A DNA stretch of 64,000 nucleotides, from NCBI RefSeq assembly GCF_036321535.1, contig NC_087438.1, positions 5,706,001-5,770,000 of the forward strand. Reading direction: 5' to 3'. This document shows, piece after piece, positions 35,351 to 48,359 of this stretch. Numbering within the stretch: position 1 is the stretch's first letter; the number at the start of each line of letters is the position of its first letter. Under the pieces are notes generated by a model that saw nothing but the letters and a program-made list of their open reading frames with translations, was not told the DNA's origin and searched no databases. The position numbers and the translations under genes were made by a program. The stretch comes from Camelus dromedarius. Taxonomy: Eukaryota.

Positions 35351-36429
35351 ATGGGGCCCTGAAATGGGAAGGAGGAATATAATAATTAGAACAACTGAAC
35401 AGCTATTCTGACCCAAAATAAAAATCACTTCTTATTCTACTTCCCATTCTAATGTCATGTTGTTCAAAATAGCCCATCAGTGATTCGGCAAAGAGATCCA
35501 AGTACAACATTAAGAAACTACGATAACAAACTATATAAAGACATTTTCATGGTAAATTCCAATTGCAACTTTGAATGTTAAGCCCCTCCCAGTATTACAA
35601 TTTTCACAGACATTAGAGTTCAAGAATTAAATCCTCTTGAAAGTTAATTTCTTTAGATTAAGTTTCAAGCATTTCTCCCTTGCAAGTTACACGTTCAAAG
35701 GAATTAGATTCTCATTTCTTACTCCACTCAGTCTGCTATCCAGGGATTTTGCTGCCTTTGGGAAAGTGCAGGGATTTGCTATGGCGGCAGCCCGAACTGC
35801 TCGGTCTTATCTGATGTATCTCTTTTCCATTACGAATATTTGTTTCCATTTCCCCTGTCACTGGCTAGCCAAGTTTGGCATCAACATTTTAAACCTAGAG
35901 CCCTACTAACTACCTGTGCTCTCTGTTGCACCCAGAATCCAGCCGCCTTGCATTGTTGAAGGCACATGTGTTCTTCCCACCAATGCCTTAAAAGTGAGTA
36001 AATGGAAGAATTATATATTCCCTCTAACTGCACTCTTGCCTCGATTATACCTGCTCACTAGACTCTGGGTGGCTCATTGGTGTCTGCTGAGGTCGCTGCA
36101 GGCAAGAGCATGTAAATATAATGGGAATTGCTTTGCCCCTGTCATTTCAGTCAGGAACAGCAGCCTGCCCTGCCCACTGAACCTCCACCATGTGGAAGGG
36201 TCACCTCCTTAACATCTATTCTTTTGCTAAGATCCCAGTGGTATTTTCTTGAGGTTTGAGTAGCACTATCTTTGTTGAGAACAAATAAATAGCCCCTCAC
36301 ATCTCTAAGAAGCAGTCTTCAAGATGGGAGTAGACATGCAAAATATTTATTGGGAAAAACTTCAGTGAGAGTAAAGGAGAGTCAGATTCATACGGCTATG
36401 ACAGACCCTCATGAATGGAGGCTGTCATC

Positions 36430-37865
36430 TAGGAAAGGAATTTCAAGGGAGAATAGTAGACAGTCCAGAACTTGGCCCTTCAACTTCACCACTGTGGGCA
36501 GAGTGGACGAAGAGGAGCCTGGAGGGCAGGGCAGCCAAAAAAGAACCAAGAGGAGTTGAGGTCACAAAAGCCAAAAGAAAAGGATGTGTTTTTTTGCAAG
36601 AATCACAGTGAGATCAAAACCAACAATGATCGTTGTACAGCATCAAGGAGAATGTTGGTGATCTGGTTTACATGCTGTCAGGCAAAATCCAGGAAAATGT
36701 GGAGATTCACGTTAAAGGAATGAGAGGCTTGTAGAGGGAGCATCGTGATGTCAAGAGGAGATGAGACCTATAGCTTGTTTAGAGGGACTGGGTGCTGATA
36801 AAAGAAGAAGCATTTAATCAGTGATAATAGGAGGAAAGGAGAAGAGGAGTGCAGACATGAGCAGATTTGTGGGTTGGGAGGGAGCAGTAAGAGGTTTCCT
36901 ATCTGGTGCCTTCTAGTCATTCTATGAATTCTGAGGCAAGGTTCTCCACTAAGCGTCTGAGGAAGGAAAATTTATGAGATTGCCATCTGGGAGAAGAGAA
37001 AACCAAGGAGAACAGATGCAAGTAGATTTACAAGGTAATCTTGCCCACGTGACACTTGAGATAAAGCCATCACACGGATGCCTCGCTGACAGCACGTGCT
37101 GTTTCCCCAGCCGTGTCCAGTTGGTTCAGTGAAGGCCGGAGAGAGTGGCCGGGAAATTTCATTCAGCCTGGAGGGTTGTCATCCAAGTACCAAGCAAGAA
37201 AAAAAGAAGGAAGGGAATGGATTGAAAATGAGGGATTTTAATGATGACTTTAAATTGTACAATAAAGGAAAGGAAGATCAAAAGGAGTGTGAGGAAATGA
37301 AAAGAAATCAATGAGCTAAAAATTACATTAAGCATCAGAATCTTTGACCATTAAATATCAGACTCTTTGACCAAATGTCTTGGTAGGTAGAAGCTTGTGG
37401 CTGGCAAATGAAATGTCAGAATTTGGTATCTGAGAGGCGTATGTTTTCTAAGGTAGGACCCTGGGAGAAGGCGCACTGAAGGGAAGGTCACTGAAGCTGA
37501 GGAGGTGTAGAGCTTCAAGGTCAATATGTGGACGGTGCATACACAATGATTATGGGTGGTACACCTGTGTGGATATTGGAATCCAGTAATTTGCAGGAAT
37601 GTAGGTAGAATGTAGATGAAGAAATGTGAACGAAGTCAGTGATTCAAGGGTTCAGATTTTCAATGAAAGAAGGAAGTGACCAGGAGGACATGGCAACACT
37701 GAAGAGGAGCTAGGGTAGATTATAATAGTGCTAGTCTAGTGGGAGAAGGGTTTTTGAGGGTTGGAGGTGAAGTGATGGTCAGGAGGCAGCACAGGGAGGC
37801 AAGGAGGAACTTAACCCTTTATCCTGACTCTTAGGTATACTGGGTTTGAGGGAAAAGTAATCCTC
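36430..37865 (-). mobile_element. Long decayed L2 segment (ORF region), continuing after MLT1A0 to about 38280
   Basis: Sustained G/A-rich composition with antisense-L2 motifs ('GGTCACAAAAGCCAAAAGAAA', 'GAGGTTTCCTATCTGGTGCCTTCTA', 'GAGGCAAGGTTCTCCACTAAG'). Confidence 0.65.
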
Positions 37866-38202
37866 TGTCGTAGCGTGTTTAGGCAGCCAATCAAAATGCT
37901 GCAGACTGGGTGGCTTATAACAACATAATTGTATTTCTCATAGTTCTGTGTGCTGGATGGAGGTCTAAGATCAGGGCACCAGCATGGTTTGCTGAGGGCC
38001 CCATTTCTTATGCTGTCATATATGGTAGAGGAGCTAGCTAGCTCTCTGGGACCTCTTATAAGGATGCTAATCCCATTCAAAAGAGCTCCACCTTCGTGAC
38101 CTAATCACTTCCCCAAACCCCTTACCTCCTAAAGCTATCATCTTGAGCATTAGATTTTCAACATATGAATTTTGGGGAGACACAAGCACTCAGAACATAG
38201 CA
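37866..38202 (-). mobile_element. MLT1A0-like (ERVL-MaLR) solo LTR
   Basis: TG...CA termini, 'AGACTGGGTGGCTTATAA', 'TATTTCTCATAGTTCTG', 'CTAATCCCATTC...ACCTAATCAC' and 'TTTCAACATATGAATTTTGGGG...CATAGCA'. Confidence 0.88.
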
Positions 38203-38306
38203 CCTTCCATCCGAGAAGCGGGTTCTCAGTGAACAATAAGATTTCAGAGTTAAGAACCAAAAGTTGACAGACATAATAGTACTAGAGAAGGAACAGGGTG
38301 GAGAGG

Positions 38307-38596
38307 GATGTGATATCTTGGATGGAGACCCTGGAACAGAAAAAGAACAAAAAGTAAAAACTAAGAAAATCTTTAAAATGTATGGCCTTTAGTTAATAAT
38401 AATGTAGTAATTTGGTTCATATAATTTTAACAAATTTAAATTTTAACAAATGTACATATTACTGCAGAATGTTAATAATAGGGGAAATTGATGGAGGATA
38501 CATGGGAGCTCTCTGTAACATCTGTGCAATTTTTGTAAAGTTGGAATTTTTCTGTAAGTCTAAAACTGTTTCAAAATTAAAAGTTTAATTAAAATA
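38307..38596 (+). mobile_element. LINE-1 3' end (L1MC/L1MD-type)
   Basis: 'CCTGGAACAGAAAAAG', 'TTAGTTAATAAT', 'GTTAATAATAGGGGAAA', 'ATGGGAGCTCTCTGTA' and 'TTTCTGTAAGTCTAAAACT'. Confidence 0.82.
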
Positions 38597-38949
38597 TAAA
38601 TCCCATGGGAAAATACTCAGTATTATTTTAGTGCATGCAACTCGTCATATGTAGACCAAACTCAACACATCAAGTTAAATATAGTCAGGAGCACGCTGTG
38701 CGATGAAAAACAATTCAAACTCCGTGACTCTATTTCTGCACATGGGACCTCACTCTCTTCTCCTCTCATTGACTTTTCTCTGAAGACCACAGAGTCTGCG
38801 GGTGGGCCCAGGAAGTGAGGAATGGTGGAGACTCTTGACTTCGAAGATCAAAAGTGCTTTAAAAAGCCCAATCAGTCTGTGTTTGCTGATGGAGATGTGT
38901 GATGTAGCTCTCTCTCTATATAAATTTATATTTCCAAAAATTATATTCT

Positions 38950-39190
38950 ATTTCTTTGGAGGGTAATTGGAAATACATCAAATTTATGAATGCATATAGC
39001 TTTTGATTGCATAATTTCAGTTCTGAGAACATTTTGCTGAGATTCTTAAATACCTGAGAAATGACAGTTACCTCTACAGCATTGTTTGTCACGGAAAAAT
39101 AGTTGAAACATCCTAAGTGTTCGTCAGTGAAGAATTAGTTAAGTAAACTTAACATGAGTTGGAATACCATGAACTATGAAAAGGAAGTTT
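38950..39190 (+). mobile_element. L1ME-type fragment
   Basis: 'CTTTGGAGGGTAATTGG...AATGCATATA...CAGCATTGTTTGT...GAAACATCCTAAGTGT'. Confidence 0.65.
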
Positions 39191-39659
39191 TCACTGTGTG
39201 TGTGTACATATATGTATGTATGTGAATGTATCACCCCAAATTAATATAAACCAGTAAATGAGCCAGTATCCTACAAAAGCAAGATGAGACAAATACAGAA
39301 TTTCGTGGAAAAAAGCCATTGAAATTCTCATATTTCATTTCAAGATCTATGAGATAGTGTGAAAAATTCTTCTCTCAACAATACTTGTACTTGGATTAAT
39401 TGAAATAAGCATGGTAAATATACTTGGACTTCCTGTGGTGTCATCCCAATGATTATATTCCACTTTCTCTTATGAAGAATGATTCTTGTCCTTTGTTCCC
39501 TCCCTTTATAGGTACAAAATGTATCATCCTTGTCAACTATTTGTTAGGAAAACCTTAAGACAACTCTGGATCAAAAAACAATACGACAAGTCAGTAGCTT
39601 TAAATTCTTTATATGGATTAATAAAAGGTTGAGAAAATGGTGGAAAAAATTTAGTTCTA

Positions 39660-39850
39660 AGAACGCTAAAATCTCTGAAATAAGTAATTACATAAAAAAT
39701 AGAAGGTTGAAAGTTGCTTTAATGATACTGTAAGAATTTGCAATAACCCTGGAGAGAACATGATGCAAGAAACCTGGAGAGAAATAAATGTCTCCAGTTT
39801 CTATAAAGAGATAGTAAAAAGATGGAAACTATTGAAATATGAGCCCTTAT
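39660..39850 (+). mobile_element. Probable L3/CR1 fragment
   Basis: 'GGAGAGAACATGATGCAAGAAACCTGGAGAGAAATAAATGTC...GGAAACTAT' resembles the CR1 ORF2 'PEDWRRANV...PGNYRP' segment. Very decayed. Confidence 0.4.
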
Positions 39851-40520
39851 GTATCTTTAGGAGATACCTTCCCCCAAATGAAACTGCCCTTAGCCAGTTC
39901 TGATGATGTGTAGGTGGGACGTCAAGTTCTATCTTTATAATATTTTATATTGTTTTCTCAGAAGGCATAAGCGTTTAAGATTAGTTGCTCTAAACACTGA
40001 GTATCAGTGCTGTAAAAACAAACTAGAATGAAAAAGTTAGCTGATAAATTATACTTGGGAATAATAAAAAGGAACCGGTCAACTAGAAGAGGAAGTCATG
40101 TCATGCAAAGCATACCTCTGTGAAGGGAAGCAGGGAAGTTTATGAGGGTTAAAATAGAAAACAAATTCTGAAATGCCAGTCTAACTTTGACTCCAGTCTT
40201 GTGTCCCACACAGACGAAAGGGGCACAGACCTCTCACGGCCCCTGCGCCACCTGCGCCACACCATGCCCCACACGCTGCCACGTGCTCTATTTTCAGTGC
40301 AGTAAATCAAAACATCAGAAATCCTAAAAGGTCTGTGTCTCCAAATATATCAAGTTAAAGAAAATCTTGATTAAGCTCACCCTGAAGCCGCATTTAAAAC
40401 AAATTATGTGTGACTCTCTGGCCCAGGACATCAATAAAATATCAGATTAAAAAATGTCCACTTCTGTGGGGGTGAAGGAATAGGAGAGGGAAGTTATGTA
40501 TATCATTAGTTATGTGTACC

Positions 40521-40523
<3 letters not shown>

Positions 40524-40559
<36 letters not shown>

Positions 40560-40570
40560 ACACACACAGA
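40524..40570. repeat. (CA)n microsatellite
   Basis: About 13 pure CA units plus a degenerate tail. Confidence 0.92.
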
Positions 40571-40811
40571 CTTTGGGGATTTGTGAAGTCATGACCGTTT
40601 TGACCATTAGCAGTGATGGTCGGATGGTATGTTCATGGATTCTGTGGCCAACCTTCCCTTTAATTGGTATTGCACATATGGCCTTTTTTTTGGTTTTCAT
40701 TGCTTTCTTGCACAAATGACCACAAGTACAAATGTGTTTGTAAACATATTTAGAAATTATTCACACAATGAACCCATGTCAATATGATGACATATTATTG
40801 GTGAACATTCC

Positions 40812-42525
40812 AATCATTCATTCATTAATTCATTCATCAATCAAACATCTAGTGTCTAGTCTGTGCTGGGACTTGAGCTACATACTGGGGATACGCTGCT
40901 GGTGGCAGCATCCATGCTGACCAAGTAAACTAGTAATTACAAGACACAGACAGGCTCTGGCTGGCAGGGCTAGAGGAGGCTTCCTTTAGGAAGTGCTACC
41001 TGAGGTGCATCAGAAAATGAGAATATAGGGGGTTAAGGTGAAGATCAGACAAGGAAAAACTTCCCATGCGGAAGCACAGTGTGTGCCAAGGCTGCAGAAA
41101 GAGAAAGTCTGAACTCTTAGGGAATCTTCTAGCTTTGATATAACTGGGAATGAGGGCTTAAAGAAGCAGAATGGAGAGAGAAGAGGGTTGTGCTATGTTA
41201 ATATTTATAATTTAAGAAAAACCAGGATCTTATTTACATTGTCAAAGGGTCAGTAGACATGGATTAACAAGGTCACAAAAGGAGGCAGTGAGACCAGTAA
41301 AAGAGCTACTGTTATAAATGCAAGATATGGTAAAGGACAGAAACAAGGCTGTGATGGTGAAAATAGAGGAAGGGGTAGCTTTGAGTGACATATAGGAGGT
41401 TGAATCGTCAGGAATTAGAGGCTGATCTGATTTGGGAGGTGAATGAAGAAGTGGAGGATTCAGCGATGACGGGCGGGTCCCTAGACTGGGTGTTTGGATG
41501 GTGTCATATACTAAGATGGGCAGGGAAGAGAAGGGTGTCACCATGTGTGGGTGGTGAGGAATGGAAGGGGTCATTGTATGGGTGTAGCACAGAGGGTGTG
41601 GGATGAAGGATGCAGGAAAGAGGATGTGAGCTTAGTTTTAGACAAGTCTATGGTCAGCCTTTTATGGGACATCCATTTAAAACTGTGAATAATGGGAAAG
41701 ATGTTTCAATCTGGAACCAGCAGTGTGGGCGTTTGAAGGAAGGGTTATAAGATCATTTATTAGAAGTATGAAGAGTGAGAAGAGAAGAGAATCTAGGACG
41801 TAACAGGCAGGAACTGTAGTAATAAAGGTGAAGGAATAGGAGTTGTCAAAGTGGTCTGGGAAGGGTAGTCAGAGAAACAAAAGGAAGACCAAAGAGAGGT
41901 GTCAGAGGACAAAAGTATTTGAGAAGGAGGGGAGGTCATTATGGTCGAATCTTGCTGTGGGTTCATGTGAAATCAGGAATGAAGTCCAGGGGCATCTGAT
42001 AACCCAGTGGTCACTAGTGATATTAGAAGGAACAGGTTCATGGAGATCCTGGTAAGTATGAGTGATGAGGTGGCCAAGACACTTACAGATCACAGCACCT
42101 GAAGATTAAAGCAAACACTTTGGGCATTAGGTAGCAGAGACAAGTTGGACTGAAGGAAGATGTCTCTGAGATGGAGAACTCACAAGGAACTACAGATAGG
42201 CTGAAGTAGACCAGTAAGAAGAGAGGAGAGGGATGGAGATTCATGCAGAGTGGGGACAGTTCCTAGGATTTGGTTCCTAAGGAGGCAGAAGGAATGTGGA
42301 GGCCACTCCTTGGGCCAACCTGGAGGCCAGTCCTTGGGCTGGAGGAGAGCCTGCTCCCTGAGCAAGGGGAAAGGAACAATGAGAGCCGTCAGTGTGAAGC
42401 TGATGGGGCTGGGGGGTAGGGGATCCAGAATTGGAGAAGCTTTTACTAATTCCCTTATTTTCTTTGTGAAATTATAAGTGAGAAAACTTTCTGAACCAGA
42501 TGTCAAGTAGAGTTTAAGGATGAGG
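40812..42525 (-). mobile_element. L2 element, 3' end and body, continuing at about 43010-43480 beyond the L1 insertion
   Basis: Begins with the (CATT)n L2 tail 'ATCATTCATTCATTAATTCATTCATCAA', then 'CTGGGGATAC', 'GAGGAGGCTTCC', 'GGAGGCAGTGAGACCAGT' and 'GAGGTTGAATCG'. Confidence 0.75.
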
Positions 42526-42530
42526 GATAG

Positions 42531-43007
42531 TCAACAGAAGAATGGATAAAGATGAGGTATATACGTGCAATGGGCTATTACAGCCATAACATGAAAGAAA
42601 TTCTGCCATCTGCAGTAACGTGGAGCACCTAAAGAATATTATGCTTAGTGAAATACGTCAGACACAGAGAGATAAATACCGTATGACATAACATACGTAG
42701 AATATTAAAAAACACAAACAAATATACATGCAAAGCTGAGAAAATCTCATAGACAGAGAAAACAAACAAGTGGTTACCAAAGGGAAGAGGGAGTGGGGGA
42801 AGGGCAACTGGGGGTATGTGACTAAGAGATACAAATTACTGTGCATAAAATACATGAGCAACAAGGATATACTGTTTAGCACAGGGAATTACAGTCATTA
42901 TCTTGTCATAAATTTTAATGGAATGTAATCTGTAAAAATACTGAACCACAATGCTGTACTCCTGAAATTAACATAATATTATAAGTCAAGCATAGTTCAA
43001 TAAAAAA
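42531..43007 (+). mobile_element. Cetartiodactyla-type LINE-1 3' end (L1_Art-like)
   Basis: 'GAATGGATAAAGATG', 'ATTATGCTTAGTGAAATA', 'GTGGTTACCAAAGGGAA', 'GCAACAAGGATATACTGTTTAGCACAGGGAA' and terminal 'TCAATAAAAAA'. Confidence 0.9.
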
Positions 43008-44394
43008 GAGAGAGGAATTACAGGATAGGGATAAAATTTTTGAACCCTTTTTAATGGGAAATCAGAGAGACTGGCCACCAGGACACACAGTGCGATTGCC
43101 GGGTGGCAATGAGGAAACCGTTGGAGACCACGATTTTTTAGGGACCCCCATCTGCAAGTATATATGATACCCTTCAATGATACTCAGCAACCTGACACTG
43201 CAGGGGGAAGGTTTAGAGAGACTGGAGTTTCTTGGCGGAGAGGTGTTGGAAACCCATGGAGTTCAGAGAGATGATATAGAGATAAGGTAAGAATAGTCAA
43301 TGAAATGCGTAGGGGACAAGTAAAGACAGGAGGAGACTGAAGAGAGAAAGTAGAGACGGGGCATTTCAATGAATTTAGAAATAAGTTGGTGGAAGAGCTG
43401 GACATATAGGCAAGTGTGGCTACTAGTAGAGTTCAAGAGTCCACTGGATATGTTTAGTAAGCTTCAGAGGCAGCTGTGAGGATTTAGATCTGTCCACAGT
43501 TCCTGCAGAATGGCAGTAGGTGACAGGACCCTAACCTCCCCAGTCACAGGCCAGCCCACTGACTATCGGCTGGACCTTGCTCATTTATGCCCTTCCCAAG
43601 ACTGGCTGAGTCACAGCTTGCAGTTAGTCAGTGATAGGTGCTTGAGCTGAAAGGTTACACAGTGCTGTCTTAGGGCAAAAGATGATGGAGGAAAAGTGAT
43701 GGGGAGGAAGGTCTTCAGATAAGCAGAGGCAAATGGATGAAGTGCAGACAACTGCCCCCAACTCCAGTCTTCACGAAGCCTGACAGAGCTCAGCTTATCA
43801 TGAAGCTTTAGCTTAAGGCTCCCACACATGCACAGCCACCTCCACACAGTGTGTTCATGCAGTAACATATGTTTAAGTAAAATTTGTAGCTAAAGATATT
43901 ATGACTCCGATTGGTTAAAACAGCAGACACCTTCCACTTGTCTTCCTCTCTATCACACTTCTCCACCAGCCTATCTGTCATGTTTATGCGATTCTTGGTC
44001 ACGTCTGTGCATAGTTAAGTTATCGCTACCCATGGCTGTGTAGGAAGAGTTCCCCTGGAGCCATGACATGTAGGGCCAGAGGCCATATAATGATAAGAAT
44101 TGGCCCAACAGCTCCAAGATTCAGAAGTATGTGAGTGTTGACAAGGAAAGAAGGCCTGAGTTATACAGACTGGAAGCCAGTCTGAGGGACAGTCTTACAA
44201 TTAGATGTAAAATATTTTAAGCAGAGGATATGGGTCTCACTTATGTCTATTCAAAGGGGAATTTCTTTCTTCTCAGGAGTAAATTCCAATGACACAACAT
44301 ACAGAATAGTAAATACACCATAAATATTTTCCCCTTATAATTGAAATTGTACAAACTAGAATTGATCAAAACCTCTATATTTTTCTATAGCACA

Positions 44395-44884
44395 AAGTAT
44401 ATAGTTTTATACAAACAGCTGGTATGTCTTTAACAACTGCTATTTGAAAAAAGCTTGGTAGAGGTTTTCCTAAATTTGACAAAACCACAAAATTGACCTG
44501 ACATTACCAGTGAGATGTGAAGATAAAATAAAATTTTAAACTATCAATAATATGACGTTAAATTTTGATCATCCATGCTAGAGAAAATACTGAATTATTT
44601 TTCCAAAGTTGCCAGAGAAAATGTTATAGAATTGCCACATGAAGAGGTGATTAAAGAGTATGCAGCCAAAGATGACAGGAAAAATATTGTGAAGGTAGGC
44701 TGAGTGATTATAAATAAAACTTTATGTTATTGATATTGTTGTAGATCTTACAGCATCTTTGGTATTTATTAGTATTTTAATATTTGTAATTTGTTACTTC
44801 AAATTTTCAGTTCTTCATTGTGTAGTATTTTTTAAGAGGGCTCCAGAAATCCATAAGGGCTCCACAAACCTGGACCTACCCCAG
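44395..44884 (+). mobile_element. Zaphod/MER115-like (hAT-Tip100) DNA transposon 3' end with fossil transposase C-terminus
   Basis: Remnant peptides EVFLNLT (44461), KF*SSMLEKILNY and HEEVIKEYAAK resemble the hAT dimerisation region. The end 'GGGCTCCACAAACCTGGACCTACCCCAG' resembles the recalled Zaphod terminus. Confidence 0.8.
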
Positions 44885-45654
44885 TATCTGACTTACTATC
44901 TGACAACCACCCTGCCCCCTGCAGCTGGAGAGGTGCCGATGGAAACTAGCTTCTCCAAGGGAAGGTATTCTGGGTAATACGGTGGCTCCAGGATGGCCAC
45001 GGGAACAGGGAGCCATGCTGAAGCAGAACAGAGCTGAGAGTCCACAAAGACAGCAAGGACTGAAGAGACGCTTGCGTGGGACGGGGCACTTAAGGGCACA
45101 AATGTGACTACCAGTGAAGCAAGGCTACAGGGCAGTCCCCAGTCAAAAATCAGTACTGCGGCTGTAATCTCTTAGTCTTATTGTTTGGTCATTCATTCAG
45201 CAATAGATAGGCGCCTACTGTGTATGTGGTACTGCATATTTGTGTGGGTGTGTATTTGCACCTGTGGGGATAGGTGTGTTTATGTATGCTTAGTGCTTAC
45301 CTAATTATCACAATTGATCTATTATAACTTTTTAAATCCTGGAGTTTAAGGGTTTGAGAAAAGATTGATTAAGACAAGGAAATATCAGTATGAACTGAGA
45401 CAACTGTATTTGAACATTAAGGAGAAAACCAAGTAAGCCAACAGGAAATAGGTTCCCATTGCCAAGACACTGTCAAGAATCTAATATAGAAAAATTCAAA
45501 TTTATGGACATCTGCATATAGATGTTTCACTTTTTCTCTTCTGGTTTTCAACATAATTATTTAGGAAATAGCTTCAAACTGCCCTTTCCTGCAAATATTT
45601 GTTTTGCCTGGTATGACCTGAGAGGAAGCAACATCACACATCTCTCTCTCTGAA

Positions 45655-45735
45655 GCACACACACACACACACACACAAATGCCGACACACATCTGCATTC
45701 ATATAGCCACACATACCCCTACACACACACACACA
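45655..45735. repeat. Interrupted (CA)n microsatellite
   Basis: Two CA runs read directly. Confidence 0.88.
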
Positions 45736-47438
45736 CCTATTAAATAACTTGTGATCTGTAAAGCAAGATGTCAACCTTGACTCGAGAAGGGCTGGGATGC
45801 AGACAAGGGAATCCTCTAACAGATGGTCTCCTGCTGGTGTGCAAAGCAACACAGGGTCCTGAAGAAGCGGATATCCTAATGTGCTTCGTGGATGCATTCT
45901 GTTATATGTATAGAATCGGGTCACAGCATCCTCTTCAGTGGTTTTGTGTAGACTTCATACTCTGCTGTGGTGACCTCTGATTTCACAAGGACGTGAGAGA
46001 AGCTCACTTGGGCTTCTTCCTTCAAGTTCACCCTAAATCCCCAGTTCACCAGAGGAAGCCACGGCTCCTGGGGAAGACATTCATTATTATGATTCAAAGC
46101 ATCAGTTGCGCACACCATCAATCTGAAGGATCTGAGCAGCGGGAAGCTCCGGGAGGGCTGAGTAAGATTTTGCTCCAAGACCTGGTGAAGCAAGCACAGA
46201 TCTTCTGAGGAGGTTCTGGTTTGGAGACTGTAAGAGTGAGGGGCAACTCATTACAAGGTAGTATTCTGCACTCATGGTCCACGTGGAATCCTGGTCCATC
46301 ACTCCCAAATCAGGAACCCATCTGGATAAGCAGCCTCTGTGCAATAAAGATGAGGATTTTTCTTGGTGATCATTCCTGCCAATGGTTTATCTTTCTTCAT
46401 TACCTTAAATCCACCGGCCAGTCACCTCAAAAACTTACATGCAGAGAGTGTGGTATCTCACTGAACGGATACAGCTTGTACATCCACAGGCACAGAGAGT
46501 TTTACTCTGCATGTGATGGAGCATGGGAGAGTTCATCGACATGAGCGTATTTCTTTACAAATAGATGTAGATGTGTTCTCAGAAGTCACAGAGCTTTCTT
46601 ACATTATAGCAATGATTTGACACTTGTTTCTGCTACCACTGCTGGACACAAATGGAATCAGGTGGTCCAGATCACCCAGTTTGAAACTGTAATTCAGCAT
46701 TTAAGTGACAATACTCTCTTTCAGACAGAAGAAATATGTGCCAATAAACACAACAAAATAGACCTATGTTCACAGAAGGGGTTTTTTTTCATTAGTAATT
46801 GGAAAAAGGCACTTTAATACATAAAACTTCTATCTATGTCCCAATCTAGGAACTGGGACTTTGAGTCAATAGGACAAATCTAGTGAAGCATTAGAGACGT
46901 GATTCAGTTCCCAATACACATCACACTCATCACTCTCTGGCTCGTTTTTAGCTACACAGTAACCCACTCCCAGAGCATCACTGGGTAGGACATTCAAACT
47001 GTCTCATAGTGAAGAGTTCAGATGATGAATGCAACCTTACTGTGAGGGTGATGGCAGCAACATTTAATTGAATTAGAATCAGGCAGACAATTTCCATCAA
47101 TAATTAATGTGTTGAGTCAATAAGATAGCTGGATTGTGATCAATATTATATCATAAGGCAGTAATTGCTGAGCACTTCAATACAATTTTGAAGATCCAAA
47201 ATTGATTGTAATATTTTATATCCCAAAACAGTTAGGTCAGCATTTTGCTGAAAGATGAAGTTGTGTATTTGCGCAGGACCAGTGATTTGCGCAGGACCCA
47301 GAGAAAAATCAATGACAAAACTGTGAATACAGTTCCTTTTTCCTGGAATATAGTTCTGTGACTGGTCCACAGGGAACTCATGGCTAGAGATTTTATTAGC
47401 TGAGGTCAGGCTGTGGGAATGTCGACGTTACCTTATTA

Positions 47439-47572
47439 CAATGGTTCTCAAATGGGGTACCAGGGACCGCAGCATTGTCACTTGAGAACTGGTTAGAAAT
47501 GCTAATTCAGGGGTGTCAGCCCCACACCTACTGAATAAGAAGTTCTGGGGGTGGGGTTCTCATAACCCATGT
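47439..47572. mobile_element. MER5A (hAT-Charlie) fragment
   Basis: 'CAATGGTTCTCAAA...GAACTGGTTAGAAATGCTAATTC...CCTACTGAAT...CTGGGGGTGGGG'. Confidence 0.78.
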
Positions 47573-48359
47573 CATCAGAGAGAAGAAAATTGCTGATCAG
47601 TAGTATCTTGGTATCCCCCCATAAACATTAGTTTTATCCTATATCTGCTCCAGTTAATTAAGTCTTTTATTTATTTTGGTTAATTATTTCATTACATTTT
47701 AGGACCATTACCCTTTTTTACTGCCTTTTACACAGTGACACTTGGGTTGGAATCCACTCACATGGCTACCTGCATCTATGTGGGAACAAGAGGACCAGTG
47801 GGGGTGTCCCCTCTGTTGATAATTGCTGCTTCTGGTTCATGCACTAGTGAAATGAATAAAGCCACTGGTGTCTTCATGGTCACATAGGGCTGTACAGTAC
47901 AGACATCTGGCCTTGCCTTCCTCTTGGTTTCAGTTGTCCCTTCTTGGTCTCTGTTCTCTCCTTATTTCAAAGTATGGTGGAAGCTGCAGCTTCCCGTGCC
48001 CTACTCTCATCAGAGGCACAAAGCTCTCACCCAGGTTTTGGTTATGAGCCTCAACGCCCATGTGGAGTACGTGTTCTGGAGCAGCCTGCCTCTCCCTCGT
48101 CTAACATTCATATTCACATAAATAAAGATGTTTTCACAGAATCGGAATTTCAGTTATGATCCCTATTATGGAAGAGAGATTTATTCTTGGAAAAATTGCA
48201 GAACCATCAGCCAAGGTATTGTGTATTATTACTCCATTTGTGAACATTTAACATTCCAAGGTCATGGACTAAATATTTCCTTTTCTCCCCAGTAATTCTC
48301 AGTCTTTATACTTATAGGGACAAAATGTATGAGAATTAACCAACCTCTCAATTATAGAA

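Noticed and set aside
45768..46560. Unique segment with several 70-107 aa ORFs, considered as a processed pseudogene
   Set aside because: No recognisable protein in any frame, no poly(A) tail and no TSD.
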